Shown in pieces: positions 10,166 through 20,288 of a DNA stretch of 64,000 nucleotides. Both the position numbers and the translations under genes were made by a program. Location: the sequence record MW879340.1. One strand, 5' to 3'. The number at the start of each line of letters is the position of its first letter. The stretch's first letter is position 1. The notes beneath the pieces are model-generated. The model ran no database searches and was not told where the DNA came from. It saw only the letters and a list, made by a program, of their open reading frames with translations.

Positions 10166-12628
10166 ATGAATTTAGACTATACGATTTACGAGCAGGATAA
10201 TAAGCAGTTTGCTCGTACCGTGATACTCCACTCGACGCGAACGGCGGAGGCCATTAACCTGAAAATGGCAATGTTGGGATATTCGTATCTTCAGCAGGAC
10301 AAGCGTACGTGGAAGTACTACATGAACCTCGCTGGCGTATATCATGGTTCGAACAAACCCATGCAGGTACGCTCCCTTGACAACGGTGAGCTGATTGACT
10401 TCACCGCAGAGAACATGCGTATTCACGTCTCCACTGCCCGCAGCTATCAATACGGTACCGACTACTATAAAGAGCTGCTGGCCAAGTTCCCTGATCAACA
10501 AATGCTGATTCGTGGTATCCTGAACCCCATCCCGTATGAGGTTTCCACCACCGCAAAAGAATACCAGATCATCTGGTACGAATCTGATCTGATTCTGGAA
10601 GGGGAAGACAACGTCCTGCCGCAGTTGCAGAACTGGATCTATACCTACGTCAAACAAACTGAACACCAGAACTACACCAACCTGACCGATAACTTAATGC
10701 ATCCTTATTTCTTTGGGATCATTGAGATGCACTTGGCCACTCGCCTGATGATGATTCGTTTTGAAAACATCGGGACGAACTATGTGCATGATTTCCACAT
10801 CTGGGCCCACTTGGGGTCGCATGCAGGGTTACAACGCTACAAGCCTTACTTAACCCGTAAGCAGGTATTGTGGCTGTATCGCAATATCGTCTGGCTTACC
10901 CGTAACCCAGGGAAACGTTATCAGTTTGACCGGATCATGGATAACCTGCTGACTGAGCGCAGCATTCCCATTGCGGCATACAACGCACAGCACTCCACGG
11001 TTAGCCTGCTGGAAGATGTAAAGGCTGGTGTGCGCTTTAAGCGTGAACTGTTGAACATGCAGGACAAGATCTCTGACGATGCGTACTTCCGTACCACCCG
11101 TGAGATTCTGGAAGACCAGGTACCGTTAGCCCGTGATAACATCGACGTTTACGAAGATGCGATCCCGGCGACCACACTGTCCGTACGCGCTAACCGTAAC
11201 GCGCAACTGCCGACCAAGGTGCTTGAGTCTACAATGCGTGACCTGTCTGAATCGGTGGCGTTCCCATTGTCTAACACCATTCTTAATGAATGGGCCCGTA
11301 TGAGCTCTGAGGGGCGTTATACGGCGATGGTCTCTATGGTTAATCCAAAGACCGGGCTGACGATGAACATGTCCGTTAAAGACGCGTTCGTGCTGTATCT
11401 GTACGCTGTGTGGCAGGGACAAGGCCAACCGCTGGAGTTTGTCCCGCGCTACCAGGCTACGATGTGTATGAAGATCCCACGCCCAACCTTTGCACAGTTA
11501 AAGGAGCGTCATGGTTCGAAGAACGTTACCGATGCCTGGATTCTGCAAGCGTTAACCAATCAGCCTGACCTACCTGCAATCATCTCCACCGAAACCTTCT
11601 ACAAGAAGATGGTAGAGATCAACGACGCGACACAGTTACACCGTGATCTGTGGACGTACCGTAACTGGCACATGGAACGCGCTGAAATTGAACTGATGGT
11701 CTTTGATCTGTACGAAGACGTGACGTGTGATTTCAACTCGGGTACCAAGTACGAAGATTGGTTTAGCATTCGTGGCTGGGACTTAACGGATATTCAGCCT
11801 GAGGACTGGACCACCATTGCGGTTAACCTGATGACCACGGCGACCGGGATGGACACCACGGACCAGCAACGTATGGCAGATGTGCAGAAGGCCATGCTGG
11901 AGCTGACCCTGGAGCTGTCTTCCTACACCATCCAGGTAATCCGTAAGATCAACGATCAGGCGATTGTGCAGTTGGACTACCCTACATTGCGTCTGGGTGA
12001 AGTGCATATGCGTACGGGTCAGACTCACCACACTAACACCAACGTGCGTATCATCAAAGCACCGATGAAACGTAAGTCCACCGTGGACATGGTATCGAAG
12101 TCGAACATCATTGCGTCACACGGGTCTTCTCGTCGTCGTTGGGTGTACGATCTGTGTACTGCGGTCGGCGCTTCGGCAGTGGGTCGTCCGAAGACGCGTT
12201 TCTATGCAGATGGGGCAACTGCCCGTATCCGTGATGAAGATAAGATCATCGAACCGATTGTCCGCACCACCTTGTTAGATGGGCTGTGGCCAACGCCGTT
12301 TGAAGATACCCGTCCAGTGATTGAACAGGATCAGGTACTTGACGGTTTGTGGACAGAACCAAAGGCTGTGGGTAACCAATTGCTGGATGGTCTGTGGCAA
12401 CAACCTATTGCGGTAGGCAGCCAGATGTTGGATGGGCTTTGGGGCGCAACTTACAACGTGGATGAGCAGTTACTGAACGGTTTAGCTCACGACGATTTGC
12501 AAGTTAACCTTGAACTGCTGAACGGGCTGTATGCGAATACCCTGCCGAAAGTGGTTTCCTTTACGCCGTCTGATATTGACGATGAAACGAAGAATTCCTT
12601 AGACGCGCAACAGTGGGACGGTGAATAA
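10166..12628 (+). CDS. Virion structural protein (phiKZ gp128-like, probable baseplate)
   Basis: 820 aa, GGGAG RBS, first gene of the structural operon; C-terminal LDGLW repeats. Confidence 0.55.
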   Translation: MNLDYTIYEQDNKQFARTVILHSTRTAEAINLKMAMLGYSYLQQDKRTWKYYMNLAGVYHGSNKPMQVRSLDNGELIDFTAENMRIHVSTARSYQYGTDYYKELLAKFPDQQMLIRGILNPIPYEVSTTAKEYQIIWYESDLILEGEDNVLPQLQNWIYTYVKQTEHQNYTNLTDNLMHPYFFGIIEMHLATRLMMIRFENIGTNYVHDFHIWAHLGSHAGLQRYKPYLTRKQVLWLYRNIVWLTRNPGKRYQFDRIMDNLLTERSIPIAAYNAQHSTVSLLEDVKAGVRFKRELLNMQDKISDDAYFRTTREILEDQVPLARDNIDVYEDAIPATTLSVRANRNAQLPTKVLESTMRDLSESVAFPLSNTILNEWARMSSEGRYTAMVSMVNPKTGLTMNMSVKDAFVLYLYAVWQGQGQPLEFVPRYQATMCMKIPRPTFAQLKERHGSKNVTDAWILQALTNQPDLPAIISTETFYKKMVEINDATQLHRDLWTYRNWHMERAEIELMVFDLYEDVTCDFNSGTKYEDWFSIRGWDLTDIQPEDWTTIAVNLMTTATGMDTTDQQRMADVQKAMLELTLELSSYTIQVIRKINDQAIVQLDYPTLRLGEVHMRTGQTHHTNTNVRIIKAPMKRKSTVDMVSKSNIIASHGSSRRRWVYDLCTAVGASAVGRPKTRFYADGATARIRDEDKIIEPIVRTTLLDGLWPTPFEDTRPVIEQDQVLDGLWTEPKAVGNQLLDGLWQQPIAVGSQMLDGLWGATYNVDEQLLNGLAHDDLQVNLELLNGLYANTLPKVVSFTPSDIDDETKNSLDAQQWDGE

Positions 12629-13559
12629 CCAAATCCTATGTTATCGTGTTTTTAACCCCATGAAGGAGCTACCTGTGACTGCACCAATTGTGTATCAAGA
12701 AGGTGCCGATTACTACGTGGTTGATCCGTCCCTACCATCAAGCGAATTGGTGTACGGTCTGATTAACCACGATAACGGTACTAACTACACACCGACGACG
12801 CTGCGTCTTTCAACGCCGCAGGTCAACCTTGATACGGTGAAGTATCCGCGTAACAGTAAGATCTTTGCAGTCACCCGTCCAGGGGCCGCTGTTCAGGGAT
12901 CGACCTGGTACTACTACGACCGTATCTCTTTGCCGTACTACTTGCAGAACTACCCAGAGATCCGCGTTGATGTGCCAGACGGTGCACTGACCATGCGTGC
13001 ACTGATCCCGTTCTTCAACGAGACCTTTAACATGGGTCTGGAAGCAGCGGACGTACGCGATGATCTTATCGACTTCTCGCCTAATGCCTCGAACCGCTTT
13101 ACCATCTCCACAGCCTCACTGGCCTGGCAGGATTCGGTAGAGATCATCGTTGATGCAGCGAAGATCGACCTGGGTACCGTTGTGGGTAATGCTGAGCTGG
13201 ATCTGATTCAGGTAGTGGACGAACATCCTAAGACCTACGGTGAAATGTACGGTTACTGGACGAACACTAAACCAATCGGTCCGGTGCTGTTCGATATCCC
13301 AATCACCAAACTGGCGGACGACGTCCTGGCCCGTGCACTGACGAGTGTCACCGGCGACTTCTGGACGCACGAATCCAAACTCAGTCCGTTTAACCTGTAC
13401 AACGGGACGGTACTGTACAACGGTCGTATTGTCGACCAGACGACCTGGCCGGGTAACGCTGAGAAAGGTTACATGATGGTGGTCAACGTGGATCCGACTT
13501 TCTGTAGCGAGTTCCAGAACCCGCTGGTGTTGTACTACAACCGGGTGCAGGGGAGCTAA
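12621..13559 (+). CDS. Virion structural protein, baseplate/tail paralogue family
   Basis: Shares YYDRISL / FNLYNGTVLYNG-type blocks with 13562 and 15305; GTG start overlapping the previous gene. Confidence 0.6.
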   Translation: MNNQILCYRVFNPMKELPVTAPIVYQEGADYYVVDPSLPSSELVYGLINHDNGTNYTPTTLRLSTPQVNLDTVKYPRNSKIFAVTRPGAAVQGSTWYYYDRISLPYYLQNYPEIRVDVPDGALTMRALIPFFNETFNMGLEAADVRDDLIDFSPNASNRFTISTASLAWQDSVEIIVDAAKIDLGTVVGNAELDLIQVVDEHPKTYGEMYGYWTNTKPIGPVLFDIPITKLADDVLARALTSVTGDFWTHESKLSPFNLYNGTVLYNGRIVDQTTWPGNAEKGYMMVVNVDPTFCSEFQNPLVLYYNRVQGS

Positions 13560-13561
13560 TC

Positions 13562-14389
13562 ATGACTTTACAGAACATCATCCATAAACGTATCAATGAC
13601 CTGATGGCTCCGGCCTTCAACAAGGCCTTTGGTACGAACCTGAAGTTCACCGACTTTGACTTTGTCTCTGTACGTCCCAACACGGCACAAGGTGCAACCA
13701 AAGACACCAAAGGTATCCTGCGTGCGGTAGAAGCATCCAAAGCCTATACCGGTCAGCGTGAAGTCAGCTACAACCGTCTGGACGCTCAGGAACTGTTCTA
13801 CGGGATTCCGAAATTCATTGAGCTTGCTGCCAATGAGATGGACGAATACTCCGTGGTTGGTTACCTGTCTAAGCGCTACGGGTTAGAGCTGGACGTCAAC
13901 TACGTAGAAGCGGTCACCTTGGGTCAGGGTTACGTCGAAGTGGCTTTCGCCGATACGTCTCCGATCATCAAAGGTAAAGTGCGCTTCAACTACTACCTGT
14001 CGTCTATCGACTTGAACGAGTTGATCGCTGACCCGCTGGTAGGTGCACTGCATACGCCAGAGATCTCCGCTGCGGCCAATATCAGTCTGTACAGCTATCC
14101 GTTAGATTTGACATTTGTTAAATATGACATAGAGGGCATGATCGTTAACTCGAACGCACCTCTGGCTTTAGCTGAAGTACTGAATGCCGTTACGGGCGAT
14201 CCATGGACGATCTCTGCACAGTCGGGCGATTACAATTTGGGTGAAGCGAAACTGGTCTTCCAAGGCCTGAGCTCTGAAGCGAATAGCAAAGGCTATCCGG
14301 CTAACACCCACTACCCGAAATGTGCGATCTATCGCTTATCTAACCTGTGCACCAATTTCAGCGGCTTGCTGCTGGTGAACATGTATTAA
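13562..14389 (+). CDS. Virion structural protein, same paralogue family
   Basis: YNRLDAQELF, YNLGEAKLVFQG and terminal LLVNMY blocks. Confidence 0.6.
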   Translation: MTLQNIIHKRINDLMAPAFNKAFGTNLKFTDFDFVSVRPNTAQGATKDTKGILRAVEASKAYTGQREVSYNRLDAQELFYGIPKFIELAANEMDEYSVVGYLSKRYGLELDVNYVEAVTLGQGYVEVAFADTSPIIKGKVRFNYYLSSIDLNELIADPLVGALHTPEISAAANISLYSYPLDLTFVKYDIEGMIVNSNAPLALAEVLNAVTGDPWTISAQSGDYNLGEAKLVFQGLSSEANSKGYPANTHYPKCAIYRLSNLCTNFSGLLLVNMY

Positions 14390-14402
14390 AAAGGAACAGT
14401 AG

Positions 14403-15290
14403 ATGAAACGTAACGTCCGCACACAGTATGGCAACATGCTACAGGTTGCCAACCAGCTGGGCATTCCGCACAAGATCCTTGAGCGCTCAACGCTCAATGA
14501 GAAGTTTGGTCGTTTGGCTGGGGTTAACCCCCCGGCCAGTACTAACCCGAAGATGCAGTACTTCGTGATTGGTTACGGCGGTCACCTTGGTTATCTGGGT
14601 ACCAACGGCACCTATCTGTCTACCGCTATCGATCACCAGCCTGATCATGCGGCGCTGTACAAACACATCCCGTTCATCCTGCGTGAGCCGGGTAGCGATC
14701 TGTCTGCTGATCAGCGTGACAAGTATCGTATCCGTACCATCTGGACGGATGAAACCACCGGTAAGAAATACATCGCTTACTGGGCGAAAGTCATCAGCAT
14801 GGCAAACGTGGTTGTGCAGTCTAAGAAGACGGTCAAAGATCCGGTAACCGGTGCACTGGTACCATCTGACTGGGCGCCGGATTCTAACGCACTGAACCCA
14901 CAGCCACCGTCACTGGATACCAACAACCTCGATCAGGTTGTGACCTCTTCCACCTTCTACTCTGCGAACGCCGAGCTGGATCTGTCCCTGACTGCACTGG
15001 ACTGTGCTGAGCTGCTGAACGTAGCCCGCATCATGTTCAAAGACGAAGCGTACGCGCTGGTGTCTGAATACGGTCTGGTGTCTGGCGTGGATCAGGTGAC
15101 CTCTGGTGACAACGGCACCGGCGGTACGATTCAGTACAAAGAGATCATCGGTTCTCAGGTAAACAACTTCCTGACCAACCGCGGGGCTGCTGCGGACGAT
15201 TCCGATACTGGTATCGAATGCCTGGTGAACTACGGTGCTACCGAAGCGCTGGTTGCGGACAACGCGACTAACGCCACGTTCCTGAAATAA
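14403..15290 (+). CDS. Virion structural protein
   Basis: 295 aa inside the structural operon; AAGGA RBS; STLNEKFG and YFVIGYGGH blocks recalled from phiKZ-like virion proteins. Confidence 0.55.
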   Translation: MKRNVRTQYGNMLQVANQLGIPHKILERSTLNEKFGRLAGVNPPASTNPKMQYFVIGYGGHLGYLGTNGTYLSTAIDHQPDHAALYKHIPFILREPGSDLSADQRDKYRIRTIWTDETTGKKYIAYWAKVISMANVVVQSKKTVKDPVTGALVPSDWAPDSNALNPQPPSLDTNNLDQVVTSSTFYSANAELDLSLTALDCAELLNVARIMFKDEAYALVSEYGLVSGVDQVTSGDNGTGGTIQYKEIIGSQVNNFLTNRGAAADDSDTGIECLVNYGATEALVADNATNATFLK

Positions 15291-15304
15291 GGTAAAGGCA
15301 ACGG

Positions 15305-16141
15305 ATGAATATCTTTGATAAAGCTCGTGACTCGTTGCTGTTCGACTTAATTGAAGAACACAACAACATCAAGCTGAATCGCACCTACGCCATCCTGACT
15401 AACTGGACGAATGGCACCGGTGTGAACGGTGTTGATGCTACGGTGGACGTTGAGTCAAATGACCCGGCGTTCTACTACAACTTCAAACGCATTAACTACG
15501 GCAAGCTGGATCTTAACAATGAGTTCAAGTTACTGAACCCAACGTTGAAGTTCACCGAGGCCGATACCAGCCATACCCTGTTGAATCTCATCAATCAGAA
15601 GTATGGTCTGGTATTGACTACCGATGACATCCAGCTCACCCAGGTGGACTCTTCTGCTACACCGTGGCAGATCTATATCCGCGCGAAGCCAACATCCCCG
15701 ATTGCGAAAACCAATACGCAGGGTGTGCTCTTCAAACTGGACACCACCAACAACCACCTCAGCGTGCCGTTGAAGAAACTGGTGCTGACGGGTCTGGTGC
15801 CGCCATCAACCGACCTGGCGCGTTTACAGGGCCCGTTAATGACGTATCCGGCTTTCACTGCGAACTCTACTCCGGTAGCGAACTACGCAGTGGGCTATGT
15901 CATGACTGCGCCGTCTCAAAACGACTGGGCGGTAGCGGATATTCTGTCTACCACCACCGGTGAGCAATGGGGGTTCACCCATAGCAACTACACCCTGTAC
16001 GGGGCGAAGGTGTTATTCAACGGGCTGACCTCGTTAGCATTGACCAACGGCTATCACGTGAACACGGATCACACGTACGTGCTGATTCTGCAATGTGGTT
16101 CAGTCGGTAAAGTTGGCGGTTACGTCGTAGTGCATTACTAA
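15305..16141 (+). CDS. Virion structural protein, same paralogue family as 12621/13562
   Basis: YGKLDLNNEF, YTLYGAKVLFNG and terminal VVVHY blocks. Confidence 0.6.
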   Translation: MNIFDKARDSLLFDLIEEHNNIKLNRTYAILTNWTNGTGVNGVDATVDVESNDPAFYYNFKRINYGKLDLNNEFKLLNPTLKFTEADTSHTLLNLINQKYGLVLTTDDIQLTQVDSSATPWQIYIRAKPTSPIAKTNTQGVLFKLDTTNNHLSVPLKKLVLTGLVPPSTDLARLQGPLMTYPAFTANSTPVANYAVGYVMTAPSQNDWAVADILSTTTGEQWGFTHSNYTLYGAKVLFNGLTSLALTNGYHVNTDHTYVLILQCGSVGKVGGYVVVHY

Positions 16142-16182
16142 TGTGTGTGGTGGGGGAGACCCCACCCACTAAGTGAGGCTGT

Positions 16183-16797
16183 ATGGTTTTTCACGATCAG
16201 CGTCCTGTTGAGCCGTTACGCATCGTGAGCATTGACCCCGGCACGGAAACCATGGGGTGCTCGTTACTTGGCCTGCATCCTATCACGCTGGAACAGTCAT
16301 ACTTTGAATCGTTCACTATGCGTGGTTCGGTGTTGAACTACTACTGGGGTAACGTCCTGCACGATGGGTTCTCTCGAGACTCCCGTCTGCTGGCACTGGA
16401 AGATCAACTTGTCCAATACTTCTGCCGTGTGCAACCGCACATCGTGGTGTATGAAGACAACTACCTGGGTGCCTCACCGCAATCCTTTAAAGCCCTGATT
16501 GAAGCATGCGTATGTATCCGTCAGGCCATCTGGCGTTATAACCCGTACATGCCGTCGTACACCGTGAAGCCTAACCAGGCGAAGTCTACGGTGAATGCGA
16601 TTGCTAAACGTGGTATGACCCAGGAAGAACGAAAAGAATTAGTGCGACAAGGTTTGATGCATTACCAGCCATTGCGTGTTCCGCCATTGATCTTAGCGTC
16701 TCTGGATGAACACTCGGTCGACTCGGTAGCCATCGGTGCGTACGCGCTACAAGAAATCAGCAACGAAATACTTACGGGTGAATGGAGAATGCCATGA
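16183..16797 (+). CDS. ruvC: Holliday junction resolvase RuvC-like
   Basis: RNase H-fold motifs IVSIDPG, VVYED and DEHSVDSVAIG. Confidence 0.85.
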   Translation: MVFHDQRPVEPLRIVSIDPGTETMGCSLLGLHPITLEQSYFESFTMRGSVLNYYWGNVLHDGFSRDSRLLALEDQLVQYFCRVQPHIVVYEDNYLGASPQSFKALIEACVCIRQAIWRYNPYMPSYTVKPNQAKSTVNAIAKRGMTQEERKELVRQGLMHYQPLRVPPLILASLDEHSVDSVAIGAYALQEISNEILTGEWRMP

Positions 16798-17201
16798 CTA
16801 CCATGAAAGATGGTGGTGGTGATCCAGTTGTTGAAGCGGACGATCGTGTCCTTGATGCATTACAGAACTCTCCGCATGGTCTTGTGTCGAAAGCCATGGT
16901 GATCTGTGGGGTGACGTCTGTGATTACCGTGAATGCCTGTGCCTTGATCTTCTTTGGCATGTGTGTGGTTCACGTGGTGATTAACAGCTCCTGGCCACCT
17001 AACGTGGGCTGGGGGATTACGTCTGTAATGTTGATTGGTCCGGTCTTAACCGCATGGCAGTTCATGGGTGTGCGTAAGATCCTTACGTCTATCTTCTCTG
17101 AAAATAACTCACTTGGGTCTATCATCAAAGAAGTGGTTTCCCGTCGAATGGGTATGTCTCCACCTGCCCCGCCAAAGCCTCCTGAAGATCCACCGGCATA
17201 A
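16794..17201 (+). CDS. Two-TMD membrane protein, holin candidate
   Basis: Two hydrophobic segments; charged/Pro-rich tail; GGAG RBS fits ATG 16794, which overlaps the ruvC stop; in-frame Mets also at 16782 and 16803. Confidence 0.45.
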   Translation: MTTMKDGGGDPVVEADDRVLDALQNSPHGLVSKAMVICGVTSVITVNACALIFFGMCVVHVVINSSWPPNVGWGITSVMLIGPVLTAWQFMGVRKILTSIFSENNSLGSIIKEVVSRRMGMSPPAPPKPPEDPPA

Positions 17202-17246
17202 AGAAAGACCCCTGGGCCGCTCACGCAGTCCAGGGGTCTTATGCCG
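17194..17246. terminator. Bidirectional terminator between convergent genes
   Basis: aagacccctgg...ccaggggtctt stem bracketed by CGGCATAA and TTATGCCG. Confidence 0.7.
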
Positions 17247-17249
17247 TCT

Positions 17250-17738
17250 TTATTGTTTTGGTGGTAGAATACTAACTTGGTTCGCTTGCTCAATCGCGGT
17301 CAACAATCCCTTCGTGTATTTAAGCAGAGTATTGTAACGGTCGGCGAGATCATCAGCTTCTGACCCAAACCTGATTAAGAAGATACTGTCTTGTTCCGGT
17401 AAGAAGTATTCTTCGTAATCCACGTTATCGTACTGAGTGACAATGACAGGCGTTACCGCCGACGTCACACTCGAGGTCGATGCGACAGGCGAACTGTTCG
17501 CATTGAACTGCGTCAGTAGTCGGCTCCCAAAGTTAACGTCCGCAGGTTGATCCAATGCAGCTGGAATCCCCTGAACCACGATCCGCTTACTGTCCAGCAG
17601 TTGCTGGGTAAGGGACTGGGTGGGTTGCGGGGGTAACTGGTTTGCGGATTGACAACCTGAGAGTGCCATTAGTAACAGCGCTGACATTAGCATTAGCGGT
17701 CTGTTCATTCTCTTTCTTTCGTTGTTCATAATCAGCAT
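17250..17738 (-). CDS. Outer-membrane spanin (Rz1-like lipoprotein)
   Basis: Lipobox LLLMALSGC; overlaps the 3' end of the i-spanin in another frame; true start may be Met11 (17708). Confidence 0.7.
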   Translation of the reverse strand: MLIMNNERKRMNRPLMLMSALLLMALSGCQSANQLPPQPTQSLTQQLLDSKRIVVQGIPAALDQPADVNFGSRLLTQFNANSSPVASTSSVTSAVTPVIVTQYDNVDYEEYFLPEQDSIFLIRFGSEADDLADRYNTLLKYTKGLLTAIEQANQVSILPPKQ

Positions 17739-18000
17739 CCAGCTTTTGAGTTAACGCCATCTGTTGTTTGGTGATATCAAGCATCTGATTGCTGACTTCT
17801 TGCAGGTTAGACAACTGCCCGCGAATAGCCGTCAGCTCCTCACCGTTTTTCTCGGTGATCTCAGATAGCTTCCCAATCTCCTTTCCAGTATCGACAAGCG
17901 CGTGCACAACCCAGACAATGGCAAGGACCACTGCGATCTTCTGCCAATTACCCAGTAGTGCGGTAAGCCCGTTGGAGAATAATGCCCCAATGCTCTTCAT
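17587..18000 (-). CDS. Inner-membrane spanin (Rz-like)
   Basis: N-terminal TMD, long coiled coil, and C-terminal GTLRLSI motif typical of Rz proteins. Confidence 0.72.
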   Translation of the reverse strand: MKSIGALFSNGLTALLGNWQKIAVVLAIVWVVHALVDTGKEIGKLSEITEKNGEELTAIRGQLSNLQEVSNQMLDITKQQMALTQKLDADYEQRKKENEQTANANVSAVTNGTLRLSIRKPVTPATHPVPYPATAGQ

Positions 18001-18009
18001 AGACGATTC

Positions 18010-19239
18010 CTAAAAGGTGGCTATTTTCAACCAGTAAGCGTTCGGCTTTAACCACGGGTCAGACATTAATGCGTAGTCTGTCACGATAGCTTCTTGCTTA
18101 TAGCCCACGGTTGAGTTGAGGGCACCACGCTTCTTGAGATGGCGGGTCAGTAACCGATGACGCTTCTCACCCGGTCGTAACAGGGGTTCAGCCATCACAC
18201 CGTTGTTGAGCACCACAGGGACAGGCTCGTCCGTGGGCACAGTGAACAAACCTGGCCAGGTATGGCGTTCCAACGGAACCATATCAAGATATAACAGAGG
18301 ATTGTCGAAGACGACCCAGAAGCTTTGTGAGAGCAGGAACCACGACTTAATAAAGTCATCGCTCTCCAGGACTTCCTTCGTCATCACATTCGGTTCGTCC
18401 GGGTTGATCTTAGCCGGGACTGCATCAAGGTTGATGTAATCACGGTCGTAGAAGAAGCGGTCGACCCAATCGACACGTCCAGTTAAGAAGTTAGCCGTGG
18501 TGTCGCTGATTAAGGTCAACAGATCGTTCTGCCAGTACAAGATCCCACCTACCACCAATGCCACTGATTTGCCCTTAGCATTGAACGGTAGTTTCAGCAT
18601 CATCTGTTCTTTCAAGGAACTGTACTCATCAGCCGGATAGATGTCACCCGCACTGATTGGATGAATGCTGAGGGTGGAGAGGTTGTTAAAGGTCAGAGCT
18701 CCTGTGTTAACCTCGTTAGCGTGCCAAGCATCACGACAGGCGTCCAGAATGTAGATGCCATCATCTGACACTACCGAACGATGCAGATAACCGTTTACCG
18801 TGAACAAGGACGTGGCAAACAGCGCTTTGTAATCAACACCCTTCTTAGAGATAAGCAGGTCCTCGGCGTCAGCGAAGGTAAAGTTGGTTGTTGGGTGGGA
18901 CCGAATGAGTGTTGGCTTTTGTGTGAACCACCACGCATTCAGGTTAGAGAACTTAGCGTGTCGTTCCGTTAAGTTCGGGAGGGTATCGGTGGTCGTCAGC
19001 GAACGAGAGCCCAAGGTGGCGAACCACTGGTCAAGCGTACCGCTAAAGGCAACGAGTTCAGCATAATAATCCTGCAAGCGCAGGCAGACGTTCTTGGTTA
19101 AAAACGTGTTCGAAACAATAACACGGTTCTCACTGTAAGCACGAACCACATCTGCCACTTGCATTGCAGAGATGTCATCGTTGACCAAACGGGGACGGGA
19201 GCCCTTCGTCTGGGAAATGCAGGCGACATACTTATACAT
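18010..19239 (-). CDS. Probable virion structural protein
   Basis: 409-aa ORF with AAGGA RBS within the structural region; no catalytic motif seen. Confidence 0.5.
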   Translation of the reverse strand: MYKYVACISQTKGSRPRLVNDDISAMQVADVVRAYSENRVIVSNTFLTKNVCLRLQDYYAELVAFSGTLDQWFATLGSRSLTTTDTLPNLTERHAKFSNLNAWWFTQKPTLIRSHPTTNFTFADAEDLLISKKGVDYKALFATSLFTVNGYLHRSVVSDDGIYILDACRDAWHANEVNTGALTFNNLSTLSIHPISAGDIYPADEYSSLKEQMMLKLPFNAKGKSVALVVGGILYWQNDLLTLISDTTANFLTGRVDWVDRFFYDRDYINLDAVPAKINPDEPNVMTKEVLESDDFIKSWFLLSQSFWVVFDNPLLYLDMVPLERHTWPGLFTVPTDEPVPVVLNNGVMAEPLLRPGEKRHRLLTRHLKKRGALNSTVGYKQEAIVTDYALMSDPWLKPNAYWLKIATF

Positions 19240-19264
19240 AATCCGTCCTTATATGAAATTCAAT

Positions 19265-19270
19265 CATATG
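19265..19270. promoter_or_regulatory. Palindromic CATATG: candidate bidirectional phiKZ-type late (TATG) promoter
   Basis: Sits in the 77-nt spacer between divergent structural genes; phiKZ nvRNAP late promoters have a TATG core. Confidence 0.4.
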
Positions 19271-19316
19271 TGTTCATTGCCTAATACAAGCTATAAAATA
19301 TCTTGGGAGAAATACC

Positions 19317-20285
19317 ATGGCTGCTGTTAACCTGGGAGACGTCGTCTACCCATTCAACCCGCTTGGTACAGAAGCGGGTGCTCAGATTAAGGGCGAGGAC
19401 TATACCCTCACGCCTGCTAATGGGAAGAACTACGTAACCATCGTCCCACGTGCAGCTCCCTTCTTCCGTTTAAACGTTAAGATCATCAACGCCGCTACCG
19501 GTGCTGAACTGGTCGAAGACCGTGATTACACCTTCGGCTACATGTACAACCAATTCTCGCAGCTCTTATATAAAGGCTTGTACGGTTGTATCACCTTTAC
19601 CAACCTGTCTGCACCGATCAACGTTAAGATCGACTACGCAACGCTCGGTACGCCGTTTGTACTGTCCGGCGCCAAGTATGCTGAACTGGTGGCGAACATC
19701 GTTAACAACGATCGTGAGATCTTCTGGGAACAGATTGTTAACCCGCCGTCAGAATACCCACCGATCCCACACATCCACCCTGCGTCTGAAACCATGGACT
19801 ACCAGCAATACATCGATGCGATGAAAGTTGGTCAGAACGTGGTCATCAATGCGATCGCTCAGTACATGAAGTCACTGACCGATCACGGTGCACTGAAGAA
19901 CGCCCACCAGGTGGATGCGGCAGCGGTGCTGTTGGAGAAAGTCAAGAACTACCCAATGGCGGCGGTAGCTGACATCCCGGGCAACAACGATCAGGTCTAC
20001 GTCAGCCTGCTGATGGCGAAGAAGATCTACCAGTACATGTTCACTGGGTTGCCGCAGGTGGCGCTGGACTCTGCGGTTATTGGTGAGCTGCTGACGGCGA
20101 AAGCCACTACCACGATCCTGACTGATTTGTTCAATGCCGGGTTGATGAACACCGACGAACAAGCCAACTTTAAACAGTGGCAGACTTACGTGGGTTCGTT
20201 GATCGTGAAGGCCTGTAAAGGCACGACTGACATCATCACCGCACCGTCACGTAACGGTATCTTCCAACGTTTACTGGGACAATAA
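19317..20285 (+). CDS. Virion tail/baseplate protein, tail-fibre paralogue family
   Basis: YPFNPLG and IFWEQIVNPPSEYPPIPHIH blocks shared with the next two genes. Confidence 0.6.
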   Translation: MAAVNLGDVVYPFNPLGTEAGAQIKGEDYTLTPANGKNYVTIVPRAAPFFRLNVKIINAATGAELVEDRDYTFGYMYNQFSQLLYKGLYGCITFTNLSAPINVKIDYATLGTPFVLSGAKYAELVANIVNNDREIFWEQIVNPPSEYPPIPHIHPASETMDYQQYIDAMKVGQNVVINAIAQYMKSLTDHGALKNAHQVDAAAVLLEKVKNYPMAAVADIPGNNDQVYVSLLMAKKIYQYMFTGLPQVALDSAVIGELLTAKATTTILTDLFNAGLMNTDEQANFKQWQTYVGSLIVKACKGTTDIITAPSRNGIFQRLLGQ

Positions 20286-20288
20286 CCT

